A stretch of DNA of 63,118 nucleotides from Pseudomonadota bacterium (GCA_043806755.1 JAZDGS010000013.1:1-63118); one strand, 5' to 3'. Shown: positions 10,056 to 19,802, numbered from the stretch's first letter. Made by a program: numbers and translations. Notes: generated by a model not told the origin, from the sequence alone.

Positions 10056-10715
10056 TTATTTCAGCGCTTTCATTCTGTTAATCCCATCTGATTTTCCCAG
10101 CAGCATCAAGATATCGCTGTCTTTTACGACAAAATCAGGATGCGGCACCAACACGAAATTGTCCGGCACCAATTCTTTTACGGCAATGACATTGATATGG
10201 TATTTGGCCCTTAAGTTCAATTCCCTGAGGCTTTTCCCGATAAAAGATCGCGGAGGATCCACCTGGACGAGGCTGTAATCCTCTGCAAGCGGAATGAAAT
10301 CCAAAATATTCGGAGTGGATAAACCCCTCGCAATCCGGGCAGCCATGTCTTTTTCCGGAAATACCGTATCCGTTGCACCGACTTTTTTTAAGATTTTGGC
10401 GTGATTTAGATCCACGGCCTTTGCAACGATTTTCTTTACTCCAATTTCCTGAAGAAACAGACAAATGAGAATGCTGTTGCTGATCTGAGTGCCGGTCGAA
10501 ACCACGACGGCATCCATGGTTTCAAGCCCCATCGCACTAAGATTCTCCTTATCCGTGGCATCCATGACAATCGCTTCGCTGCATTTTGAATTAACGGCCT
10601 GCACGCGATGCTTATCCGAATCAATGGCGATCACTTCATGACCGTCTTCAAAAAGGATTTTTGCCATATGAAAGCCGAACTTCCCTAAACCGATGACTGC
10701 AAATCGTTTCATCAT
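10056..10715 (-). CDS. trkA: Trk/Ktr potassium uptake system, NAD-binding subunit
   Basis: 219 aa. Rossmann motif VIGLGKFG, RCK_N + RCK_C layout. Sits immediately downstream of trkH. Confidence 0.85.
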   Translation of the reverse strand: MMKRFAVIGLGKFGFHMAKILFEDGHEVIAIDSDKHRVQAVNSKCSEAIVMDATDKENLSAMGLETMDAVVVSTGTQISNSILICLFLQEIGVKKIVAKAVDLNHAKILKKVGATDTVFPEKDMAARIARGLSTPNILDFIPLAEDYSLVQVDPPRSFIGKSLRELNLRAKYHINVIAVKELVPDNFVLVPHPDFVVKDSDILMLLGKSDGINRMKALK

Positions 10716-10723
10716 TTCCTCCG

Positions 10724-12100
10724 TTATCCGATCATGATATTTTCTTCAGCATACTCGATCCCCTTCTCCCTGACCGGTCCTGCAAGAGCGTAGGAAAACG
10801 CTAAGACCCCCACCCTTCCGATCAGCATCATGACGGTAATCCAGAATTTTCCCGTTCCGGTTAACCCGGAAGTCGCTCCCATTGAAAGCCCGACGGTTCC
10901 AAAGGCTGAAACGGTTTCGAAAAGATAAACTAAAAAGCAGTTGGGATACCCGTTTTGAATTCCGGTTGAATCGGGGATGCTGATCAGTACGAGGAAAAAA
11001 ATGGCCGCCACCAGCCCAAGCGAGATGAGGATAAGGGAAGTGCTTCTTGCAATCGTTTCATTTGGGATGCTTTTCCTGAAGAGATGAACCCGGATATCTC
11101 CCTTCATCCGGCTCCAGGCAAACGATCCGATCACGGCCAGGGTTGTCGTCTTGACTCCTCCGCCGCAGGATCCTGGAGAGGCTCCGAAAAACATCAGGAA
11201 AATCATTACGGCAAGGGTCGCCATCTGCAGCGATCCGATATCCACGGTATTGAACCCTGCGGTTCTGCAGGTGACAGACTGAAATACGGATATCAGGATC
11301 CCCTCCGAAAGGGATCTTCCCTTAAGAATGAAATTTCGTTCCAGATAAAAGAAAAAAACCGCGCCTGAAACAATCAACAGGGCGCTTGTCGCCAGAACGG
11401 TCTTTGTCTGGATCGACAATCGGACCTTTCGCTCACTCCGGCCGATCCCTGCATGAAACAGATCATAAAGCACCGGGAATCCGATTCCTCCCAACACAAT
11501 GAGAACGGAAACCGTGATGTTCACCAGTCGGTCGGCCCGATACTCCATCATGTTGTTTGAAAATAAAGAAAACCCTGCATTGCAAAACGCTGAAACGGAA
11601 TGAAACAAAGAGAGATAAAGCGCTTGAGTTGCCGGATACTCTCCGGACCAGCGGATAAACAGCACAGAGGCTCCGAAAAGCTCAATTATACCGGTAATCA
11701 GGAAAATCATCTTAACCAAGCCCAGAATGTCCTTCTTCGGCGTATGGGTGAAGATGTCCTGTATGATCAATCGTTGCTTAAACGATATGTTTTTCCCGAC
11801 AAGGCGAAAAACGGTTACCGAAACGGTCATGACGCCGAGTCCGCCGATCTGAATTAAAAAGAGTATGACGATCTGCCCAAAAACCGTATAATAACTCCCC
11901 GTATCCACCACTGTAAGACCGGTAACGCAGACTGCCGAAGTCGCCGTAAAGAGGGCATCGATAAAAAGGATCTCTCCTGAAACCGTCGCTGCCGGGAGCA
12001 TGAGAAGACACGTCCCGGTGCCGATTGCCGCGACAAAACTGAAAACGAGAACGGTTGCCGAGTCCATTCTCCGTATTTTTCCGGCCAAATATCCCATCAT
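10724..12100 (-). CDS. trkH: Trk/Ktr potassium uptake system, membrane subunit
   Basis: 458 aa, polytopic, with repeated selectivity-filter-like motifs (CVTGLTV, NAGFSL, RTAGFNT, TVGLSMG). Confidence 0.85.
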   Translation of the reverse strand: MMGYLAGKIRRMDSATVLVFSFVAAIGTGTCLLMLPAATVSGEILFIDALFTATSAVCVTGLTVVDTGSYYTVFGQIVILFLIQIGGLGVMTVSVTVFRLVGKNISFKQRLIIQDIFTHTPKKDILGLVKMIFLITGIIELFGASVLFIRWSGEYPATQALYLSLFHSVSAFCNAGFSLFSNNMMEYRADRLVNITVSVLIVLGGIGFPVLYDLFHAGIGRSERKVRLSIQTKTVLATSALLIVSGAVFFFYLERNFILKGRSLSEGILISVFQSVTCRTAGFNTVDIGSLQMATLAVMIFLMFFGASPGSCGGGVKTTTLAVIGSFAWSRMKGDIRVHLFRKSIPNETIARSTSLILISLGLVAAIFFLVLISIPDSTGIQNGYPNCFLVYLFETVSAFGTVGLSMGATSGLTGTGKFWITVMMLIGRVGVLAFSYALAGPVREKGIEYAEENIMIG

Positions 12101-12124
12101 CCCCCACTACCCTGAACAATCCTT

Positions 12125-12156
12125 TTTATAACAGATCCGATTTATAACAGATCCGG
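12125..12156. repeat. 16-bp tandem duplication
   Basis: TTTATAACAGATCCGA / TTTATAACAGATCCGG, directly adjacent, at the 3' edge of the activator fragment. Confidence 0.85.
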
Positions 12157-12265
12157 CCAACGGTAAGCAAATCCGAAGGAGCAAGCTGTTCACTTCCGCA
12201 CAGGATAACGCCGCGTTCGATCACATTCACCAGTTCGCGAACGTTTCCGGGCCAGCAATTGAAGA
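12126..12265 (-). pseudogene. fragment of a sigma54-dependent (NtrC-family) transcriptional activator
   Basis: Minus-strand translation gives ...[34 protein letters not shown]... That is the [18 protein letters not shown] signature of the AAA+ domain C-terminus. There is no Walker region upstream and no HTH downstream. The open frame is only about 58 codons. Confidence 0.55.
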
Positions 12266-12311
12266 AAGTGTAAAAATTTTGCCTGAACCGATCGGCCGCT
12301 CAAAGCCGGCA

Positions 12312-12965
12312 CTATCCATCAGGAAAAGTGTCAGCCGACAGACATAACCCGCCGGCAAGTCTTGCTCCGATGATGGCCAGGCATTCGGGGTCTAAATAGG
12401 CCTCCGAGCGCTTCTCAAACAAGACCGAGCAATGCGCCTGAAATTCATCATCGGCATCGTTAAAAAGCATCAGGAGCCGAATCTTTGGAAGCGCATCAAA
12501 CCGGGCTGAAAATAGATACGGAAACTCATTTTCAGGTGGATACCCCTGAAGACGCTCCGCTGCTTTTTTTAACGCGTTAAGCTTTCCTGAAAACCGTTTT
12601 GAGATGACCTTTTCCACTTCGTTTGAAAAATATCCGATCAACGGGACGGCCCCCTTGATTTCCCTGAACGCCACCCATCTTTTATCTGTGGGCGGATCTT
12701 TTGGGCACAACATCAGATATTTCAAGAGAATGACGCTGATATCAAAAGGAGCCTTTTTCCCATCCATATCGGCGACTCCGTTTTTATTGATGTGGTATTT
12801 CCGGTTAAAAAAAGGGATCATCGCCGTTCTTTCTTCTATCCTGATTCCGAGCCTCTTTTCGACGAAAGCAAAATCAATTCCGGCCAGCTCTGCAAGATAA
12901 TGATGGTATGTTTTTTCGAATACCGGTGATAAATTAAATACTTTTAGAGTCATTCGATTTGACAA
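12312..12965 (-). CDS. hypothetical protein, DUF3786-like (recalled similarity only)
   Basis: 217-aa ORF with coherent coding look. The family assignment is from memory of DUF3786-type sequences and is unverified. Confidence 0.4.
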   Translation of the reverse strand: MSNRMTLKVFNLSPVFEKTYHHYLAELAGIDFAFVEKRLGIRIEERTAMIPFFNRKYHINKNGVADMDGKKAPFDISVILLKYLMLCPKDPPTDKRWVAFREIKGAVPLIGYFSNEVEKVISKRFSGKLNALKKAAERLQGYPPENEFPYLFSARFDALPKIRLLMLFNDADDEFQAHCSVLFEKRSEAYLDPECLAIIGARLAGGLCLSADTFPDG

Positions 12966-13258
12966 AAACCCGGTAATTATTTATACGTTACGACTATGTT
13001 GGTTTTTCACCAATGAATGAGAAAAACCTATACATGCCTGTCGATGAAATTTTTATTTAAAACACATTATCCCATCCGATGCAAGTGCTGTCCGGATCGG
13101 TCAGGTTCGGCAAACGATGCTTCTGTAGCGACTCCGGCCTTCGAAGAAATCATATCCCCAAAAGGGGTGAAGAAGGTCTCCCGACATGGTGAGACCGTTC
13201 CATCGGAGACCCATAAACCATTGAAACGTCTAAAAGAAGGGATACGAAAAAGGAAAGG

Positions 13259-14341
13259 ATGGAAATCATGATCCATAAAAAGGAGGAACCCCTATCCCCG
13301 AAGCCGGGGCCATCTCCGGAAAATCCTGTTTCCATTCACAACCAGAAGGTCAATGAATATATCAGGCAAGGCGATAAAGAATCGGCCGTCAAATTGTTAT
13401 TCGAGCTGATCGTGCATTATGCTGGGCAAAACCAATTCGATAAAGCGGAAGCATTTAGCGAAAAACTGATGGAAGTCGACCCGATGGCGTTAAACGAAAT
13501 TTATAAATCAAATGAAATCATCCAAGCGGCAAAAACCGCTTCCCAAGACCGGGATCATCTCTCAAGCTGGGCTGAGTTGTATGGTACACTGACAACAGAA
13601 GAAACCAATGCCCTCTATTACGCACTGCACAAAAACTCCATCGAAGGGGATAAAACCCTGATGAAACAAGGTGAGAAGAATGATCGGCTTTATCTTATCA
13701 ATCAGGGGCAGGTAAAAATAACCTTTGACAAAAAAGAAGAGAAACTCCTCATCAAAACCTTAAACCCCGGAGATATCGCCGGAGCCGAATCTTTCTTTTT
13801 ACCATCGGTCAATACCACATCGGCCGTAACGCTCATACCTTCCAAATTCAGCATTTTAAAGAAAGAAGTGATGGAAAAATGGAAAACCCATGTACCGGCA
13901 CTTCAACATAAACTGCAGGGGTTCTGCCTTAAAAAAGACGATATTTCAGAGCTGATTAAAAATAAAAAAATGGAAAGAAGAGCCGAGCAACGATTCAGAG
14001 CACAAGGAAGGATCGTCCTCCAGCTACGGAACCCTTCGGGCAATTCAGTAGGGAAAGCATTCAGGGGAGAACTTTCCGATGTTTCAGCACATGGATTGTC
14101 TTTTTTCATCAAGTTGGCAAATCAAGAAATCGCCCAACGGCTGCTTGGGCGCACCCTGTCGGTTCAACTCATCCCTCAATCCACCGGCACAGAACACCCT
14201 CCTGATGTCGTGGGAACCGTTGTTGCGATCCATTATCAGCTCATAACGGATTATTCCATTCATATCAAGTTAAAGAAAGAATTGGATATTCAATCAATCC
14301 GGCAACTCGGTCTTTTAAACACGACGTCACCGGTTGAGTGA
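13259..14341 (+). CDS. cyclic-nucleotide-binding-like domain + PilZ domain protein
   Basis: 360 aa. TPR-like N-terminus, CAP/cNMP-type beta-roll (DRLYLINQGQVKITF...LNPGDIAGAESFF), C-terminal PilZ motifs RAEQR ... DVSAHG. Confidence 0.7.
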   Translation: MEIMIHKKEEPLSPKPGPSPENPVSIHNQKVNEYIRQGDKESAVKLLFELIVHYAGQNQFDKAEAFSEKLMEVDPMALNEIYKSNEIIQAAKTASQDRDHLSSWAELYGTLTTEETNALYYALHKNSIEGDKTLMKQGEKNDRLYLINQGQVKITFDKKEEKLLIKTLNPGDIAGAESFFLPSVNTTSAVTLIPSKFSILKKEVMEKWKTHVPALQHKLQGFCLKKDDISELIKNKKMERRAEQRFRAQGRIVLQLRNPSGNSVGKAFRGELSDVSAHGLSFFIKLANQEIAQRLLGRTLSVQLIPQSTGTEHPPDVVGTVVAIHYQLITDYSIHIKLKKELDIQSIRQLGLLNTTSPVE

Positions 14342-14348
14342 ATGCCGT

Positions 14349-14394
14349 CATCCCGGGCTTGACCGGGCCATCCCCGCACATCATACGGGGGGAT
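14349..14394 (+). terminator. two GC hairpins after the PilZ gene (possible terminator or repeat)
   Basis: CCCGG-GCTTGA-CCGGG, then ATCCCCG-N9-CGGGGGGAT, followed by a T-rich CCGGTATTTTTCCGG. Confidence 0.35.
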
Positions 14395-14510
14395 CCGGTA
14401 TTTTTCCGGTCAATCTGTAAATACGCAAAACGTCTTAGATGATCGCAAAGGATTTGACAATTTCTCAATCAAGGAGTATTTGTTAACTTGGAAACTGTGG
14501 AGTCATTACG

Positions 14511-14801
14511 ATGTCCGATTATCTGAATAATTTAAAACCCAAAGAAAAACGAAGGGATATCCGCCATTCCCTAAAGAAACCGATTGAAGTCCTTCTTCGC
14601 GGACATTCCTATATGGGAGATCTGATCAATCGAAGCCGAAGCGGTATTTCTATTCGGATAAAAGGGCCATTTAAAGTCGGTGAAGAAGTATTCGTGATTG
14701 AAGCTCTTCCCATCGGAGAGGCCCAGAAGAGAAAAGCCAAAATTATCCGCATCACTGCTAACGGGATCGCCATTGGGTTCGACCGGCCGGGATATTTTTA
14801 A
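14511..14801 (+). CDS. single-domain PilZ protein
   Basis: 96 aa. RRDIR (RxxxR) and NRSRSG (D/NxSxxG) motifs. Confidence 0.7.
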   Translation: MSDYLNNLKPKEKRRDIRHSLKKPIEVLLRGHSYMGDLINRSRSGISIRIKGPFKVGEEVFVIEALPIGEAQKRKAKIIRITANGIAIGFDRPGYF

Positions 14802-14939
14802 ATAGATCCCCTTCCTACTGCATTTGCCCAATAAAATATTTTAAAACCCATGGAGATCATGAGGCGAGCCTTTTGCCTGCGACGTTTAGCATCTGGGGTA
14901 AAAAACGCCATCTGAGTCTGAGCAGCATCCGATTCATTA

Positions 14940-15818
14940 TCAGGAAGTCCGAATCCTGATATTTAAGAGTTTGATGTACTCGTTTTGATACACCAGATCC
15001 CTGAGGCTTCCGATAGAAACGGGTTCCTTAGGGGAAAGCGAAACCATGATCTTGTTCGGTTTATTGATAAACTTCTTAACCGCCTCTATGGATTGGGTTA
15101 CAAGCGGATCATTTGCCCTGGCGATCTCCTCATCCATTTTTACAGTCAGTTGCCGGATAGTCTCATCGACTGTTTTTCCTTCTTTCCTTGCATAAAAATT
15201 GAGCAGCCGCCTCACCAGTGAATCATCGGTGTAGCTCAGTTCGGCTTCATTAATTTCAATCAGGGGAAAAGTAAAGAGCATCAGTGCCATTTTTTCAGGG
15301 TCCAATTCGATATTGGTCAAGCGAAACGAAAAATCGATATCCCCGATTTCTTTTGCGCCAAGGCGAAGGGTATTCAAGCGGAATTCCCTTTTCCGGTCAT
15401 CATACTCATAATCGACCTCCATGTCCGCCTTGATGTTCTGATATCCCAAATCTCTGACGGTGTCATGATCTTCGATCAGTTGATCGGCATGCACACTGAT
15501 TCCGTTTAAGGCAATATGAACGTCAAGCGATTTATCCTTCCCTGCCCTGGCTTTATATACGGTAATCTCGTCGATTTGTATTCCTTCTTTTTCCCCTGTG
15601 GCTTTAACCGTCACATCTTTCACGTGGGTATTTAGTCCGATCAGATTGACGCTCACCTTCCGATAATCGATTTCCATTAAACCGGAGGTTTTCGAAATGA
15701 CCTCTTCGACTTTCTGCCTGGCGATCTTCTCCAGATGAAATTTGACACCGAAATATCCAGCCATGATGACGCCGGCCGCAATCGCCGCGGCTGCGATAAA
15801 GCGTCTTTTTCGACCCAT
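14940..15818 (-). CDS. membrane-anchored hypothetical protein
   Basis: ORF 14940-15932. The first 38 codons overlap efp, so the likely start is MGRKRRF (15818), followed by one transmembrane helix (IAAAAIAAGVIMAGYF). Confidence 0.55.
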   Translation of the reverse strand: MGRKRRFIAAAAIAAGVIMAGYFGVKFHLEKIARQKVEEVISKTSGLMEIDYRKVSVNLIGLNTHVKDVTVKATGEKEGIQIDEITVYKARAGKDKSLDVHIALNGISVHADQLIEDHDTVRDLGYQNIKADMEVDYEYDDRKREFRLNTLRLGAKEIGDIDFSFRLTNIELDPEKMALMLFTFPLIEINEAELSYTDDSLVRRLLNFYARKEGKTVDETIRQLTVKMDEEIARANDPLVTQSIEAVKKFINKPNKIMVSLSPKEPVSIGSLRDLVYQNEYIKLLNIRIRTS

Positions 15819-15840
15819 TATTTTCTTCTCCTTATCCCTT

Positions 15841-16410
15841 TTAACCCTTAACCCGCTCCACATACTGTCCGGTCCGGGTATCGATGCGAATCCGCTCCCC
15901 TTCTTCAATAAAAGGCGGCACCTGAACCACATAACCAGTTTCCAACGTTGCCGGCTTGGTGCTTCCGGCTGCGGTATCCCCTTTCACCCACGGATCGGCC
16001 TGAGTTACCCTTAAAGCAACAAAATTGGGGAGAGTAATTCCGATCGGTTTCCGGTTATGGAAAAGCATGCTGCAGACCGTGTTCTCCTTAATAAGGCTTC
16101 TGGCTTCTCCCATCTGTTCGAGGGTAAGAAATTCCTGTTCAAAGTTGGACGTATTCATGAAACAATACCGTTCACCGTCAAAATAGAGATACTCCATTTG
16201 CGCTTCTTCGAGATTGGCCTCGCCGAACTTATCGCCGGATCTAAAGGTCCGATCGAACTGTGTGCCGGTAATCATGTTCTTAAGCCGACACTTGTAAAGG
16301 GCCTGTCCTTTTCCAGGTTTGACAAAATCAAACTGGACGACCACATACGGGTCACCGTCAATCTCCAGCTTTATTCCTTTTTTTAAATCGCCGCTTTCAA
16401 TCATATTCAA
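15841..16410 (-). CDS. efp: elongation factor P
   Basis: 189 aa. VKPGKGQA loop with the conserved Lys. Full-length EF-P pattern. Confidence 0.95.
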   Translation of the reverse strand: MNMIESGDLKKGIKLEIDGDPYVVVQFDFVKPGKGQALYKCRLKNMITGTQFDRTFRSGDKFGEANLEEAQMEYLYFDGERYCFMNTSNFEQEFLTLEQMGEARSLIKENTVCSMLFHNRKPIGITLPNFVALRVTQADPWVKGDTAAGSTKPATLETGYVVQVPPFIEEGERIRIDTRTGQYVERVKG

Positions 16411-16533
16411 GAGACTCCTTCAATTGCATTTTGCATCCATTACCTTAAACGCTTCCTTCGACTCAAGCGATTTCTTATTTCTTTCGTTATATTCGCTTCA
16501 CCCCTCCAAACTTCGCTGATCAATGTTTTAATT

Positions 16534-17214
16534 TTATTGAAATCCTTTTGAAATCGGATGGGGCGTCCATCGGCCCCCTGCACGTTGGTCCCTGTACAAC
16601 TTGTCCACACCGGCAGGTCTGACGCGGATGACCGCATCAAAGGCGTTTTCAGGGGTAATCCCGCCGGCAAGGATCACCGGAATCGAGCAGGATCGGACAA
16701 GCGATGCGGCCATGCTCCAGTCACATGTCTGGCCGGTAATGCCGATGAATCCGTTTACCGGTTGGCTTAAAACACGGGTATCGGTTAAGAAATAATCGCT
16801 CATCGGCTCAAATTGTCTGGCCAACTCCAGGAAATTTAAAACTGCAGGCTCTCCTTTTTTCGGCAGCGGGATTGAGCGCATGATTCCAAGTTCGGGAAAT
16901 TTCGATTTCAATTCTCCCTGGGAAAAAATAAAACCCCGGACGGCGTCCTGATCCGAATCATGAACATCTTCGCAAAAATGGATGATATCGGGCTGATAAT
17001 AATCTGCCGCGCGGCATACGGCATCCAGGTCGCTGAAAAGAGGAATAAGTGTGGATCTGCCCCCTTTTTCCTGAACCCTCCTGACGGTTTCCTTTATAGC
17101 CGGATCCTTCCAGTCTTTCCGGGAAAGGATGACGCTTCCGACATGATCCACACCCATATCGACTAAGAGTTCCGCATCATGGGGATTCTGAATCTCATAA
17201 ATTTGGATGATCAT
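16534..17214 (-). CDS. phosphoribosylanthranilate-isomerase-like (TrpF family) TIM-barrel protein, apparent frameshift near 16600
   Basis: GITGQTCDW and ILAGGITPEN match the PRAI pattern GGTGxxFDW / LAGGLxPxN. The expected C-terminal VDxSSGxE...KDxxKI continues in another frame (ORF 16440-16670: SCTGTN...KDFNKIKTLI). Confidence 0.6.
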   Translation of the reverse strand: MIIQIYEIQNPHDAELLVDMGVDHVGSVILSRKDWKDPAIKETVRRVQEKGGRSTLIPLFSDLDAVCRAADYYQPDIIHFCEDVHDSDQDAVRGFIFSQGELKSKFPELGIMRSIPLPKKGEPAVLNFLELARQFEPMSDYFLTDTRVLSQPVNGFIGITGQTCDWSMAASLVRSCSIPVILAGGITPENAFDAVIRVRPAGVDKLYRDQRAGGRWTPHPISKGFQ

Positions 17215-17421
17215 CGCTTACTGCATTATCTCCTTGTTGACCCGTCCCCAGCGGGATAGATGATAAGCTGGCGAAGATTTGTCCAACTCCTGCGGAGGCG
17301 GGTTGAGAGTCAAAGCCGGCTAAAAACATCAGAATCGGGTTGACATTTGCCGCCGTCTCTAACATAGTTAATCCGTTTTCTCAAACTGTAAAATGCCCTC
17401 AGCCCAAAGAGAGCGGCCGTT

Positions 17422-18951
17422 ATGATTCTTGTTATCGATTTTGGTGCCCAATACAATCAGTTGATTGCCAGGCGGGTTCGGGAACTCCACGTGTTTTGCC
17501 GGATCGAACCTCCTTCAATACCTGTTGAAACCATCCGCCGGATGGATCCGAAGGGGATCATCCTTTCAGGAGGGCCATCCAGCATCTATGAAAAAGGAAG
17601 CCCCAGAGTTGATCGCACCGTCTTCGATCTCGGGATTCCGATCCTTGGTATTTGCTACGGAATGCAATTTATGGTGGATGCGTTCGGCGGGAGTGTCGAT
17701 AGAGCCGGGAAACGGGAATACGGTTTCGCCGCTTTGAAGATTCTGAAACATGATGGTTTATTTAAGGGGCTTGAGCAGGAAACCCGATCCTGGATGAGCC
17801 ACGGGGATTCCGTATCAACCCTTCCTCCGGGATTCCGGTTGACCGGTTCTACGGATAACACGGCAATCGCGGCAATGGACGACTCGAAACGAAAACTGTA
17901 CGGCCTTCAATTCCATCCTGAGGTTCATCATACCACCGCCGGAAGCAAGATGCTTCGCAATTTCCTTTTCGATATCTGCGGATGCCGGCCGTCATGGACC
18001 ATGGCCTCCTTTGCCAAAGATACGATTCACCGCATCCGGGAAACGGTGGGGGATAAGAAAGCCATTCTGGGCCTAAGCGGCGGGGTGGATTCTTCGGTGA
18101 CCGCCGTACTGGTTCACAAGGCGATAGGGCCGAACCTGACCTGCATCTTTGTCGATAACGGCCTTTTAAGAAAAGACGAAGCCAAAAAATTAAGAACGGT
18201 TTTCAAGGAACACCTCAATATCAACGTCCGGTTTGTCAACGCAGGAAGCCGGTTCCTCAAGGCCCTGTCCGATATCACGGATCCGGAGAAAAAACGGAAA
18301 ATCATCGGACGCGTTTTCATAGAGGTTTTTGAATTCGAGGCCGGAAGGATCAAAGGCGCGGAATTTCTAGCCCAGGGAACCCTCTATCCGGATGTGATCG
18401 AATCCATATCCGCTTTCGGAGGACCAACGGCGGTCATCAAATCCCATCACAACGTCGGCGGGCTTCCCAAAAAGATGAAACTGAAACTGATCGAGCCTCT
18501 CAGATATCTTTTTAAAGACGAAGTCCGGATACTGGGGAAAAAATTGGGACTTCCCGACGACATGGTCCGGCGGCACCCCTTTCCAGGCCCTGGACTCGCC
18601 ATACGCATCATCGGGACCATAACGCCCAGACGGCTTTCCGTCCTGCGGGAAGTGGATGATATTCTGATCGATGAGATCAAAAAGAACGGCTATTATAAGA
18701 AGCTGTGGCAGTCCTTTGCCGTCCTTCTGCCCATCAAGAGCGTCGGCATCATGGGAGACCATCGGACCTATGAAAATATCGCCGCCATCCGCGCCGTCAC
18801 CAGCAAAGACGCCATGACGGCGGATTGGGCCAGGCTTCCCTACCGCCTCATGGGAATCATTTCAACCCGGATTATCAATGAAGTCAGAGGCGTCAACCGG
18901 GTGGTTTACGACATCAGCTCCAAGCCACCCAGCACTATCGAATGGGAATAA
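17422..18951 (+). CDS. guaA: GMP synthase (glutamine-hydrolysing)
   Basis: 509 aa. GATase (ILGICYGMQ), PP-loop SGGVDSSV, C-terminal dimerisation domain ending IEWE. Confidence 0.95.
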   Translation: MILVIDFGAQYNQLIARRVRELHVFCRIEPPSIPVETIRRMDPKGIILSGGPSSIYEKGSPRVDRTVFDLGIPILGICYGMQFMVDAFGGSVDRAGKREYGFAALKILKHDGLFKGLEQETRSWMSHGDSVSTLPPGFRLTGSTDNTAIAAMDDSKRKLYGLQFHPEVHHTTAGSKMLRNFLFDICGCRPSWTMASFAKDTIHRIRETVGDKKAILGLSGGVDSSVTAVLVHKAIGPNLTCIFVDNGLLRKDEAKKLRTVFKEHLNINVRFVNAGSRFLKALSDITDPEKKRKIIGRVFIEVFEFEAGRIKGAEFLAQGTLYPDVIESISAFGGPTAVIKSHHNVGGLPKKMKLKLIEPLRYLFKDEVRILGKKLGLPDDMVRRHPFPGPGLAIRIIGTITPRRLSVLREVDDILIDEIKKNGYYKKLWQSFAVLLPIKSVGIMGDHRTYENIAAIRAVTSKDAMTADWARLPYRLMGIISTRIINEVRGVNRVVYDISSKPPSTIEWE

Positions 18952-18956
18952 TCGCT

Positions 18957-19802
18957 ATGGATGAAAAAGAACACTCGCGTTTTCGGATTTGTATCGAAGA
19001 GGAGGACCGGCCAGAAACCGGATCTTTGGACAAGGTCTTAGAAAAGAAGATTAAAAAAGCCAGATCTCCTGTTCCTTATGTGGCCATCGCTCTGTTTTGC
19101 ATATTGGGAGGTCTAATCGGATTCGGTTATTTCGATTTGAAAAAACGGTTTGACCGGATGAACACTACCGGCGCCGTGGAGTTTGACTCCCTTTCAAAAA
19201 AGCTTGAGCAAACACTTATTTCCCATTCGGAAAATAAACAAGCCATCAGGGGGACCCTTTCTGAAAAATTTACTTCAATCGGAAAAAAGATCAACGATCT
19301 CAGAGAAACCCTTCAGGTGGTTGAAAAAAAGATGAGTGCCCTTGAAACCGCAAAACCGGATAAAAAAGAAATAGAGGGCGAATTCGCGAAAATGAATCAG
19401 GCCGTCTCCTTGGTTCAGAAAGAACTGGCTACCGCGACGAGAGAAATTTCAGCCAATATCAAAAAATCGGATCTTGAGCTTGCCAAAATGGCCGGAAACA
19501 TCGGAAAAATGAATAATGGAATGGGTCAGATTCATAGCAGTCTGGATAACCTCTCTTCTCAAAAGGTGGATAAACGGATACTCGATATTCAATTCAACGG
19601 CGAATTGAGATCGTACCGTCTTGCTCTGAAAGAGGCGATCACAAAGATGGATGCCAAAATCCAGGCTGTTGAAAACAAACTCGAATCCCTTGAAAAGGGA
19701 GTGGGCCATACGGGTCAAAAACCGTCGGTCCGGCAGGCTGGCCTCCCCGACACATCTCCTGCAAAACCCGGTAAAATTGTGGAACAGGACATCAAAGACT
19801 AA
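18957..19802 (+). CDS. coiled-coil membrane protein, hypothetical
   Basis: ORF 18942-19802. Start MDEKEH avoids overlap with guaA. One transmembrane helix (VAIALFCILGGLIGFGYF), then a long heptad-like region. Confidence 0.5.
   Translation: MDEKEHSRFRICIEEEDRPETGSLDKVLEKKIKKARSPVPYVAIALFCILGGLIGFGYFDLKKRFDRMNTTGAVEFDSLSKKLEQTLISHSENKQAIRGTLSEKFTSIGKKINDLRETLQVVEKKMSALETAKPDKKEIEGEFAKMNQAVSLVQKELATATREISANIKKSDLELAKMAGNIGKMNNGMGQIHSSLDNLSSQKVDKRILDIQFNGELRSYRLALKEAITKMDAKIQAVENKLESLEKGVGHTGQKPSVRQAGLPDTSPAKPGKIVEQDIKD

Noticed and set aside
13090-13258. Possible c-di-GMP (GEMM-I) riboswitch upstream of the PilZ gene, suggested by GGCAAAC...TCCGGCC
   Set aside because: The conserved GGGACGCAAAGCC core is missing and the flanking segments (GATGC/GTAGC) cannot form the P1a stem. 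The resemblance is superficial.
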